64,000 nt of DNA from Mobula hypostoma (Eukaryota), in the NCBI RefSeq assembly GCF_963921235.1, contig NC_086109.1:34226001-34290000 (forward strand), given 5' to 3'. The position numbers and the translations under genes were made by a program. This document shows positions 52,026 through 63,574 of this stretch, in pieces. Under the pieces are notes generated by a model that saw only the letters and a program-made list of their open reading frames with translations, was not told where the DNA came from and made no database searches. The first letter of the stretch is position 1; every line of letters starts with the position of its first letter.

Positions 52026-53847
52026 ACTAATCCTAACCTTATTATTAAACCCGCTGATAAAGGGGGTGCTGTTGTAGTCTGGCGTACTGACCTCTACCTT
52101 GCCGAGGCACAGCGACAACTCGCGGATACCTCCTCTTATTTACCCCTCGATCGTGACCCCACTAAGGAGCACCAGGCCATTGTCTCCCACACTATCAACG
52201 ACTTTATCCGCTCAGGGGATCTCCCATCCACTGCTACCAACCTTATAGTTCCCACACCCCGCACTTCCCGTTTCTACCTCTTACCCAAGATCCACAAACC
52301 TGCCTGTCCTGGCCGACCTATTGTCTCAGCTTGCTCCTGCCCCACCGAACTCGTTTCTGCATACCTCGACACTGTTTTATCACCCCTTGTTCAATCCCTT
52401 TCCGACCTATGTTCGTGACACTTCTCACGCTCTTAAACTTTTCGATGATTTTAAGTTCCCTGGCCCCCACCGCTTTATTTTCACCATGGATGTCCAGTCC
52501 TTATATACTTCCATCCCCCATCAGGAAGGTCTCAAAGCTCTACGCTTCTTTTTGGATTCCAGACCTAATCAGTTCCCCTCTACCACCACTCTGCTCCGTC
52601 TAGCGGAATTAGTCCTTACTCTTAATCATTTCTCCTTTTGCTCCTCCCATTTCCTCCAAACTAAAGGTGTAGCTATGGGCACCCGTATGGGTCCTAGCTA
52701 TGCCTGCCTTTTTGTTGGGTTTGTGGAACAATCTATGTTCCGTGCCTATTCTGGTATCTGTCCCCCACTTTTCCTTCGCTATATCGACGACTGCATTGGC
52801 GCTGCTTCCTGCACGCATGCAGAACTCGTTGACTTTATTAACTTTGCCTCCAACTTTCACCCTGCCCTCAAGTTTACCTGGTCTATTTCCGACACCTCCC
52901 TCCCCTTTCTAGATCTTTCTGTCTCTGTCTCTGGAGACAGCTTATCCACTGATATCTACTATAAGCCTACTGACTCTCACAGCTATCTGGACTATTCCTC
53001 TTCTCACCCTGTCTCTTGCAAAAACGCCATCCCCTTCTCGCAATTCCTCCGTCTCCGCCGCATCTGCTCTCAGGATGAGGCTTTTCATTCTAGGACGAGG
53101 GAGATGTCTTCATTTTTTAAAGAAAGGGGTTTCCCTTCCTCCACTATCAACTCTGCTCTTAAACGCATCTCCTCCATTTCACGTACATCTGCTCTCACTC
53201 CATCTTCCCACCACCCCACTAGGAATAGGGTTCCCCTGGTCCTCACCTACCACCCCACCAGCCTCCGGGTCCAACATATTATTCTCCGTAACTTCCGCCA
53301 CCTCCAACGGGATCCCACCACTAAGCACATCTTTCCCTCCCCCCCTCTCTCTGCATTCCGCAGGGATCGCTCCCTACACAACTCCCTTGTCCATTCGTCC
53401 CCCCCATCCCTCCCCACTGATCTCCCTCCTGGCACTTATCCGTGTAAGCGGAACAAGTGCTACACATGCCCTTACACTTCCTCCCTTACCACCATTCAGG
53501 GCCCCAAACAGTCCTTCCAGGTGAGGCATCACTTCACCTGTGAGTCGACTGGGGTGATATACTGCGTCCGGTGCTCCCGATGTGGCCTTTTATATATTGG
53601 TGAGACCCGACGCAGACTGGGAGACCGCTTTGCTGAACATCTACGCTCTGTCCGCCAGAGAAAGCAGGATCTCCCAGTGGCCACACATTTTAATTCCACA
53701 TCCCATTCCCATTCTGACATGTCTATCCACGGCCTCCTCTACTGTAGAGATGAAGCCACACTCAGATTGGAGGAACAACACCTTATATTCCGTCTGGGTA
53801 GCCTCCAACCTGATGGCATGAACATTGACTTCTCTAACTTCCGCTAG
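52026..53847 (+). pseudogene. Penelope RT + GIY-YIG endonuclease, N-terminally truncated, one +1 frameshift near 52400
   Basis: ORFs 52008..52418 and 52321..53847; RYIDD; CKRNKCYTC; VIYCVRCSRCGLLYIGETRRRLGDRFAEH..ATHFN..RLEEQHLI..GMN. Confidence 0.9.
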
Positions 53848-54140
53848 GCCCCACCTCCCCCTCGTACCCCAGCTGTTACTCCTTTTTATGCACACATTCT
53901 TTCTCTCACTCTCCTTTTTCTCCCTCTGTCCCTCTGAATATACCTCTTGCCCATCCTCTGGGTCACCCCCCCCCCGTCTTTCTCCCTAGGCCTCCTGTCC
54001 CATGATCCTCTCGTATCCCCTTTTGCCTATCACCTGTCCAGCTCTCGGCTCCATCCCTCCCCCTCCTGTCTTCTCCTATCATTTTGCATCTCCCCCTCCC
54101 CCTCCAGCTTTCAAATCCCTTACTCACTCTTCCTTCAGTT

Positions 54141-54176
54141 AGTCCTGACGAAGGGTCTCGGCCTGAAACGTCGACT
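54141..54176 (+). ncRNA. Minimal type I hammerhead ribozyme
   Basis: Stem I AGTC/GACT, core CTGACGA, stem II AGG/CCT, GAAA, palindromic ACGT stem III, GUC cleavage triplet ending at 54172. Confidence 0.85.
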
Positions 54177-54909
54177 GCGCCTCTTCCTATAGATGCTGCT
54201 TGGCCTGCTGCGTTCACCAGCAACTTTGATGTATGTTGATAAAGACAGAACCAGGTTTCCCACTGGTTTACAGAAACGGACACATTTCATTTGTATTGAC
54301 ATGTTTTTGGCACTGGGAGACTTCTAAACAAATTTATCCTGAATTGGATGGCAGGATTAATAGGTTGAATTAGATAAAGTCTGGCCACAGGAAATTATTA
54401 TCACTGGTATCCCTGGAAAAGTGGGGCTAAAGTAGATCAATAAGCAACGCTACAAATGGAAAGTCATGCACACTCAGTAGTCTCTTTATTAGATATCTCC
54501 CGCTGGTCTAGCCCGTCCACCTTAGGGTTCAATGTGTTATGTGTTCAGGCATGCCCCTCTGCACAGCACTGTGACAACGTGTACATATTTGAGTTATTGC
54601 CACCTTCCTACCAACTTGAACCAGTCTGGCCATTCTTCTAGAGTCATAGAAAGAACAGAACAGCACAGAAAGAGGCCTATCAGCCCACCTACTCTATGCT
54701 AAAGCTTAATCTGCCTAGTCCCATCGACCTGCCCTCAGACCATTGCCCTCTGTACCCCAACTATCCACGTTTCTCTTAAATGTTGAAATTGACCCTGGAT
54801 CCACCACTTGCCCTGGCAACTTGTTCCACACACTCACCACCCTCTAGGTGAAAAAGTTCCTTATCATTCTCCCCTTAGACATTTCAACTTTCACCCTTAA
54901 CACATGACC

Positions 54910-56030
54910 TTATTACACGTTCATAAATTTCACTGTGTGTGATGGGAATATTTTCTTGGGATTACAAATATAGTTTCCTTCATTATTAGTGGGTAGAGTT
55001 GATCTATTATCTTTGATGAGAGATGTTGCCTTTTTGAGGCATCACCTCCTGCAGATACAAGCAATGATGGGGATGGATGCGCCCATGATGTATTGGGTAG
55101 AGTCCACTATTCTCTTCAGTTTTGTACGCTTCTGCATGTTTGAATTGTAAATAAGTAAATTTATTACCAACTTGCATAAATGTCACCATATTCAAACCTG
55201 AACCTCAGTATCTTGTTGGCATTCAGAGTAGATAGAAAAATATACAATAGAATTAATGAAAACATACATATAAACAATTGTTCCTCTACCCAGCTGTTTG
55301 CAAGACTATCCAAGATCCACCTGCCTGCTTTCTCCTATTGTCTTATAATTTTCTCCCTTCATATCATCCTTTTTGAATATTATGATCAGAGCTTCTCAGG
55401 TTGTAACAAAGAACAAAAAAAAAATGCCCTGTGGCTCTGTTGGCAATTATATTAAATTATGCTCTCTGGATACCAATCTCAATTTGTTTTGCAGATAAAT
55501 TGCAGGCATAGTGGGAAGGAGGTTAATCTTTAGTCAGTGGCAAGTACAATAAAAATAAATTGAATAACTAAGTAAAATTGAGTACATACCTTGTACAATC
55601 CTTGAAAGTCAGTCTATAGGTTATGACAAAATGAATTCCTTCATTGACATAAGTACGTTATCTTGAATGAGTATGCGGACATAAGAACGTATAATCAGGA
55701 GAAACTTTGAGGAAGTTCCTTCTATTTTGATGAAACACACAACAGAAATTTGACAGGTTGATAAAAACTTTATTTACATATCTTTTTGCTAAGGGTATTG
55801 TTTGAACTTACTTAGAAAAGCAATTAAACTATTTATGAAGGAATTAAGATTGTGTTCAAGGTGTACATTTCTAAGTAAAATTCCAGTTAAATGACTGTAC
55901 ACCTTTAGCCTGCAGTGAATACCTAACAGGGCAGCTTAATATCATAATAGAACACAGGGGAACAGGATCACGAGTGTTTATATGGAAGTTAAATAATGCA
56001 TTTCTTTTTGTGCTGGATTGCACGATTGCC
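54910..56030. repeat. First copy of a local segmental duplication
   Basis: 54910-55560 matches 58860-59520; 55600-56030 matches 63575-64000. Confidence 0.9.
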
Positions 56031-56140
56031 TTAAAACTGGTGATAAGCCTGAAGACTAGCCAATTGCCAATGCAGTAATACATTGATTCCACTTGTATTA
56101 GCAGAGCATGAAGTACAAAATCAGAGATGCTATCCTTATC
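55590..56140 (-). pseudogene. Putative decayed Ig-like exon
   Basis: SISDFVLHALLIQVESMYYC and MILSCPVRY..SFNWNF; ends at donor CAAG|gtatgt; contains stops. Confidence 0.35.
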
Positions 56141-56149
56141 CTTATCCAG

Positions 56150-57167
56150 CAAATAGCTGGAATTTCTGGGAGCAATTTGGAAGGTACAGCATATATAGTT
56201 GCCAAAGAGGATGAAGCATTTTAAAGGCAGGATGATACAACTGTGGCTGACAGGAGAAGTTAAAGCCAACATAAAAAAACAAATAGAGGGCATATTATAG
56301 AGCAAAAAATAGTGGGCATTTAAAGAATTGGGAAACTTCTGAAAATCAACAGATGTCATAAAGAAGGAAATGATGGAATACAAAGTTAAGTTATCAAATA
56401 ATATTAAAGAGGATACCAAAAGTTTCTTCTGATATACAAGTGTAAAAGAGAGGTGATGACTATATATTGGACTGTTAGAAAATAATGCTGTAGACATAGT
56501 AATGGGGGCCAAGGAAATGGCGGATGAACTGTATAAGTATTTAGTGTCTTCACTGTAGAAGACAAAAGAGGTATGCCAGATATCAAGATTGTCAGGGGGC
56601 TGATGTGTGTGAGGTTGCCATTACTAGGGAGAGGGTTCTTGAGAAACTTCAGGTAGAAAAGTCACATGGATCAAATGGATTGCACCCCAGTGTTTTCAAA
56701 GGTGCCTGAAGAAATTGTAGAGGCATTAGTAATGACCTTTCAATAATCAATTGATTCTGGCATGCTTCCGGAGGAATGGAAAATTGTAAATGTCTCTCCA
56801 CTTTTCAAGAAGGGAGCGAGTCAGAAGAAAGAAAATTACAAGCTTGTTAGTCCGACCTCAGTGGTTGGGAAAATATTAGAGTCAAATGATAAAGCTGTGG
56901 TTTCAGGGTGCTTGGAGGCACATGACAAAATAGGCCATAATCATCATGGTTTCCTCAAGGGAAAATCTTGCCTGACAAATCTGTTGGAATTCTTTGAAGA
57001 AATAACAGTCAGGATAGGCAAAGGAGAATTGCATGATGTTGTGTACTTGGATTTTCAGAAGGCCTTTGACAAGGTGCCACCCATGAGGCTGCTTAACATG
57101 TTAGGTGCCCATGGTATTACAGGAAAGATCTTAGCATGGATAAAGCAGTGGCTGATTGGCAGGAGGC
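56150..57167 (+). mobile_element. Degenerate CR1 internal fragment
   Basis: WKIVNVSPLFKKG..HHGFLKGKSCLTNLLEFFEE..YLDFQKAFDKV. Confidence 0.9.
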
Positions 57168-58328
57168 CAATTTCCAGATTACTAAATATCCCTTGGAGTA
57201 CAGTTAAGCTAATCATCAAGAAATGGAAAGAATATGACACAACTGTAAATCTGCCCAGAGCAGGCTGTCTTCAAAAACTGAGTGACCGTGCAAGAAGGGG
57301 ACTAATGAGGGAAGCCACTAAGAGACCTATGACAACTCTGGAGGAGTTACAAGCATCAGTGGCTGAGATGGGAGAGACTACGCATACAACGACTGTTGCC
57401 CAAGTGCTTCACCAGTTGCAGCTTTATGGGAGAATGGCAAAGAGAAAGCCATTGTTGAAAAAGATTCACATGAAATTTCAGCTAGAGTTTGCCAGAAGGC
57501 ATGTAGGAGACTCTGAAGTCAGCTGGAAGATGGTTCTATGGTCTGATGAAACCAAAATTGAGCTTTTTGGCCATCAGACTAAATGCTATGCTTGGCGTAA
57601 GCCAAAAACTGCACATCATTAAAACACACTGTCCTACCATGAAGCATGGTTGTGGCTACATCATGCTGTGGGGATGCTTCATTGCAGCAGCCCTGGAAAC
57701 TGTGAAGGTAGTGGGTAAAATGAATGCAGCAAAGTACAAGGAAATTCTGGAGGAAAACCTGATGCAGTCTGCAAGAGAACTGCAACTTGGTTGAAGATTT
57801 GTTTTTCAGCAAGACAATGATGCCCAGGCATAAAGCCAAAGCTACATAGGAATGGCTTAAAAACAGCAAAGTTACTGTCCTGCAGTGGCTAAATCAGAGT
57901 CCAGACCTCAAACCAATTGAGAATTTGTGGCCAGACTTGAAAGAGCTGTTCACTCATGATCCCCATGCAATCTGACAGATCTTGAGCAATTTTATAAAGA
58001 AGAATGGGGAAAGTTTGCGGTGTCCAGATGTGCAAAGCTGAAAGAGACCTATCCACACAGACTCAAGGCTGTAATTGGTGTCAAAGTATATCTTCATAGT
58101 TGAAGGGGGTGAATACTTATGCAATCAATTATTTTGTGCTTTATATTTCTAATTAACTTAGATCATATTGTGCGATCTGCTTTCACTTTGACATGAAAGA
58201 GTCTTTTTCTGTTGATCAGTGTCAAAAAAGCCAAACTAAATCCACTGTTATTCAATGTTGTAAAACAATAAAACATGAAAACTTCTGGGGGGGGGGTGGT
58301 TGGGAATGAATACTTTTTATAGGCATTG
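57168..58328 (+). mobile_element. Tc1 (DD34E, IR/DR type) transposon, left end missing
   Basis: ISRLLNIPWSTV HTH; WSDETKIELFG, FQQDND and [11 protein letters not shown] catalytic motifs; right end gaatactt direct repeats and cattg-TA. Confidence 0.92.
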
Positions 58329-59535
58329 TACATACTACATTATAACATAACTGTTTATACTGCTGTACTGTCATACTGCTAATAAGTCAAGGTAATATTT
58401 CTGAATATGGTCCTCAGGATATTGTTGTTAAAGAAATTATTGATGGTCACCAGACAATCAAAGGAACCACTACCCACTGTGACTGTGGGTGAACCATTTA
58501 CTAAATACAATGCAGCAACGTGGCACAGCTTCTGTGGTGGAGCCTCCCGAGCTGGTGTTTCTTGAAAAAGAGGCAAAATCTGCAGAAGAACTGAAAAGCC
58601 ATTAGATGCCCGTTCCCCTGGAAATCACAACCATTATCTCATGTAGAGAAAAAAAACATTGCATATCCCATATTCTATCATTGGGTCAGAGTTATGGAAG
58701 TCTCAAGAGGACAGCTTATCATCACCATTTACCGATTACCTAGGACCCCAGGAATTTTAAAGAGATTTTTTAAAATATCATATATCACAACTATAAAAAC
58801 TGATATATCACAGCACAATTTAAATTGCTTTACTTTGCATCCCCTAGATTTAGATTTTCTTATTACACATTCATAAAATTAGCCATCTGTGCTGGGAATA
58901 ATTTGTTGGGATTAAAATATAGTTTCCTTCATTATTAGTGGGTAGAGTTGATCTATTATCTTTGATGAGAAATGTTGCCTTTTTGAGGCATCACCTCCTG
59001 CAGATACAAGCAATGATGGGGATGGATGTGCCCATGATGCATTGGGCAGAGTCCACTAGTCTCTGCAGTTTTGTACGTTTTTGCACATTTGAATTGTATT
59101 TAAGTAAATTTATTACCAATGTGCATATATGTCACCATACACTACCCTGAGATTCAGTTGCTTGGAAGCATTCACAGTAGATACAAAGATATACATTAGA
59201 GTCAATGAAACTATACATTCATACAATTGTGTCTTTGCAAGACTGTCCAAGATTCACCTGCCTGTTTTCTCTTGTTATCTTGTAATTTTCTCCCCTTACA
59301 TCCTTATCCAGTTCCTTTTTGAATGCTATATTTAATCGGTTTCCAGTATTCTTTTAGAGAGCTTCTCAGATTATAACAAAATACAAAAACAAAAGCCTTG
59401 TGGTTCTATTATCAATTGTATTAAATTATGCTCTCTGAGTACCAATCTCAATTTGTTTTGCTGATAAATTGCGGGCATAGTGGAGAGGAAGCTTATCTTT
59501 AGTCAGTGCCAAATACAATAATAATAATAATAAAT

Positions 59536-59845
59536 ACATATAACTTACAGAAAACAATAAGTGAAAAACACTAGAAATATGCTGAATTAAAAGAGGAAAT
59601 TCAAAGACTTTAGAACATGAACAGGGTATACATTGCCCCGCTAGTAATATCTGCAACTGGTATTATCCCAAAGTCACTACACAATAGCATTAAACAATTA
59701 GGGCTACACAGCAATATCTTTGTAAATCTTCAGAAAGCCACGATACTAAACATCACTAGAATAGTCTGAAAGTTCCAAGCAATTGAGAAATGAGCATGCC
59801 TGGTTATGCCTGGTTTTACCAACATAAGCTCAGAACAGAAATATT
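59536..59845 (+). mobile_element. R4/Dong-like LINE short 3' fragment
   Basis: KYAELKEEI..PLVISATGIIPK..LQKATIL; follows (TAA)n; matches 63230-63510. Confidence 0.8.
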
Positions 59846-60343
59846 TCATTATACATATATTAATGTATTCTTTGGAATAATATCTTGGTCTGAAACTGAC
59901 CTGTAAATTTCACAAAGAAAGATCAGAACTGAAATGACAAATTTCAGAAAACATTATGTATACACGAATGCACTTAGATTAACACAACCTGGGACAGAAG
60001 GGGGAAGAGGAATAACAGACATTAAAAATCGACACAGCAGTCAGATAATACTTCTAAGGATATATTTTCATCAATGAAAACAGGATTCAGCACTCCACAC
60101 GAGCCTGTGCAATTCTGATAAGTATACACTGCTAAACTTAAACTTATATGAGAGCACAACTCAGAAAAATAACGACATTATCGCTATTGAAGAAAAAGTA
60201 ATCCAATGGAAGAGCATGACCCTCCATGGAAGACATCCCCATGATCTGGCAGATTAGATGTTGACAAGGAAGCGTTGAAAGCCTGGTTCAGAGTTGGAGA
60301 ACTCTTCCCAGAAACAGAAGAGTTCCTTGTGGCAGTACAGGAC

Positions 60344-61663
60344 CATAGAAACATAGAAAACTTACAGCAAAATCCAGGACCTTCAGCCCACAATGCTGTG
60401 CCAAACATGTACTTATTTAGAAATTACCTAGGGTTACCCATAGGCCTCTATTTTTCTAAGCTCCATGTACCTGTCCAGGAGTCTCTTAAAAGACCCTATC
60501 GTATCCACCTCCACCACCGCTGCTGGCAGCCCATTCCACGCACTCACCACTCTGTGTAAAAAACTTACCCCTGACATCTCCTCTGTACCTACTTCCAAGC
60601 ACCTTAAAACTGTGCCTTCTCATGTAAGCCATTTCAGTCCCGGGAAAAAGCCTCTGACTATCCACACGATCAATGCCTCTCATCATCTTATACACCTCTA
60701 TCAGGTCACCTCTCATCCTCCACCACTCCAAGGAGAAAAGCCCGAATTCACTCAACCTATTCCCATGAGGCATGCTGACTATTCCTAATCATATTATGCC
60801 TCTCCAAATTTTCATAAGTCCTGCCTCTCAGGATCTTCTCCATCAACGTACCAACTACTGAAGTAAGACTCACTGGTCTTTACTTCCCTGGGCGATCTCT
60901 ACTCCCTTTCCTGAATAGGGGAACAAGATCTGCAACCTTCCAATCCTCTGGAACCTCTCCTGTCCCCGTTGATGATGCAAAGATCATTGCCAGAGGCTCA
61001 GCAATCTCCTCCTTCACCTGCCACAGTAGCCTGGGGTACATCTCATCTGGTCCTGGAGACTTATCCAACTTGATGCTTTCCAAAAGCTCCAGCACATCCT
61101 CTTTCTTAATGTCTATATGCTTAAGCTTTTCAATCCACTATAAGTCATCCCTACAATCGCCACAATCCTTTTCCATAGTGAATACAGAAGCAAAGGATTC
61201 ATTAAGTACCTCTGCTATCTCCTCTAGTTCCATACACACTTTTCCACTGTCACGCTTGATTGGTCCTATTCTCTCACATTTTATCCTCTTGCTCTTCACA
61301 TAACTGTATCCTGCTCACCAAGGCTTTCTCATGGCCCCTTCTGACTCGCTTAATTTCATTCTTAAGCTCCTTCCCGCTAGCCTTATAATCTTCTAGATCT
61401 CTATCATTACCTAGTTTTTTAAACCTTTTGTAAGCTTTTTTTTTCTTCCTGATTAGATTTTCAACAGCCTTTGTACGCCATGGTTCCTGTACCCTACCAT
61501 CCTTTCTCTGTCTCATTGGAATGTACCTATGCAGAACGCCACACAAATATCCCCCGAACATTTGCCACATTTCTGCCGTACATTTCCCTGAGGACATTTG
61601 TTCCCAATTAATGTTTCTAAGTTCCTACCTGATAGCTTCATATTTCCCCTTACTCCAATTAAA
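60344..61663 (-). mobile_element. CR1 with internal deletion, nested in the R4/Dong-like element (resumes at 62701-62830)
   Basis: catagaaacatagaaaa tail; RMRGDLIEVYK; KSPGPDEMYPRLL; EPW.TK. Confidence 0.88.
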
Positions 61664-61664
61664 T

Positions 61665-62700
61665 TAGATTAATTTAGATTCAACTTTATTGTCATTGTGC
61701 TGAGTACAGATACAAAGCCAATGAAATGCAGTTAGCATCTAACCAGAAGTGCAAAAAATAGTGCTATTTACAAAATAACTGCGAATAAAAGGTAAGTGCT
61801 ACAGCACACAAATAGAAAAGTACTGAGACAGTACAATATGGGTGTAATACTGCTTAGCGCTGTGATGTGAGGTTCAGCAGGGTCACAGCCTCAGGGAAGA
61901 AGCTCTTCCTGTGCCTGCTGGTGCAGGAGCGGAGGCTCCTGTAGCACCTACCGGATGGAGGAAAGTAAGAAGTCCATGGTTAGGGTGAGATGCATCCTTG
62001 ATAATGTTTTTTGACCTGCCCAGGCAGTGTTTATGGTAGATGTTCTCAATGGTGGGCAACTGGGTGCCGATAATCTGCGGGGCAGTTTTCACCACACGCT
62101 GGAGTGCTTTGTGGTCCGATACGGGACAATTGCCATACCACACTGAGATGCAATTGGTGAGTCTGCTCTCAATGGTACAGAGGTAAAAGTCCATCAGTAT
62201 CCTGGGACAGAGGAGAGCTTTCTTGATGCTCCGCAGGAAATAAAGGCACTGTTGTGTCTTTTTGATCAGGAAGGAGGAGTTCAGGGACCAGGTGAGGTCC
62301 TCGGAAGTGTGGACACCAAGGAATTTGAAGCTTGATACACACTCCACTGCAGCTCCATTGATGTAGATGGGGATGTGAGTGTGGCTCCTAGCATGCCTGT
62401 AGTCCACAATGATCTCCTTGGTCTTCTGGGTGTTAAGGGCCAGGTTGTTGTCGGCACACCACACGGCTTGGTGCTGGACCTTGTCCCTGTAGGCCGTCTC
62501 GTCATCCCCTCTGATCAGGCCAACCACCGTGGTGTCGTCTGCGAACTTGATGATGGAGTTAGAACCAGGTACAGGAACGCAGTCATAGGTGAAAAGGCAG
62601 TACAGAAGAGTGCTCAGCACACAGCCTTGGGGCATGCCAGTGTTCAGGGTGAGAGTGGAGGAGGAGAGGTTGTCTAACTTAACTGATTGGGGTCTATTAT
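61665..62700 (-). mobile_element. Rex1/Babar-like LINE nested in CR1
   Basis: ORF 61883..62635: PQGCVLSTLLY..KFADDTTVVGLI..LNTQKTKEIIVD..FKFLG. Confidence 0.9.
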
Positions 62701-63574
62701 GCCTTCCTAACCTGTCTGTTCCTATCCCTCTCCAATGCTATGGTAAAGGAGATAACAGTTGTGATCACTATCTCCAAAATGCTCTCCCACGGAGAGATCT
62801 GACACCTAACCAGATTCATTTCCCAATACCAATAAATAGCAATAACACAAAAAATGATCAAAAATACGTAATAAAAGACAAACAAATTCAATATGATAAA
62901 TGCAGAAAATGACAAGAAAAACTGGATACAATTCAACGCCTTACAGGATCCTGTAGCAGTTTATCACAATCTGATTAAATACAGAGGCACAATCAAGTGG
63001 CAATCAAAATCTTGTTTTAAAATACAAACTCATGAAAGAAAACATACCTTACTGTGAGTACAAGCCTGATCCAGTTTTAGAGGCAGAGTCCTACAAATTA
63101 TATTACAACCAATCTGTTGTTACAGATAGGGCAGTCCATAATAACCGTCTGGATATAGTAATACAGGATAAACAAGCAAGAACAACTTACTTAATAGATA
63201 TAGCCACATAAGCCTAACAAAAACAAAAACACCAGGAATATGCTGAATTAAAAAAAAGAAATTGAAAGAATTTGGAACATGAACAGGGTATAAATTGTCC
63301 CGACAGTAATATCTACAATTTGTATCCTTCCAAAGGAACTACACAATAGCATTAAACAACTAGGGCTACAGAGTAATATTTATGTAAAGCCTTAGAAAAC
63401 CACAATACTAAGCACTGCTTGAATAGTCTGAAAGTTCCTAGCAATTGAGAAATGAGTATGCCTGTCCATGCCCACACCTCAGGTTTTACCAGCTTGAGCT
63501 GAGAAAAATAAATAAATAATAAATAAGTCAGTAGGTAATGAATACTACTGAGTATTTAAGCTGGAGAGCCCCTG

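Larger units (their letters stand above)
52025..54238 (+). mobile_element. Penelope-like element, right arm, 5'-truncated
   Basis: IIKPADKGG, RT motifs, GIY-YIG, pyrimidine-rich 3'UTR and pLTR. Confidence 0.95.
59855..63526 (+). mobile_element. R4/Dong-like RLE LINE, interrupted at 60344-62830 by nested inserts
   Basis: RLTQPGTEGGRGI; LFPETEEFLVAVQD, resuming at KYVIKD..DKCRK..TIQRLTGSC..RHNQVA (CCHC) and TDRAVHNNRLDIVIQDK..YLIDIA (RLE); (TAAA/TAA)n end. Confidence 0.85.

Noticed and set aside
55871..56512. 213-aa ORF as a real membrane protein
   Set aside because: The N-terminal ~120 aa are antisense CR1; only the remainder may be host-derived
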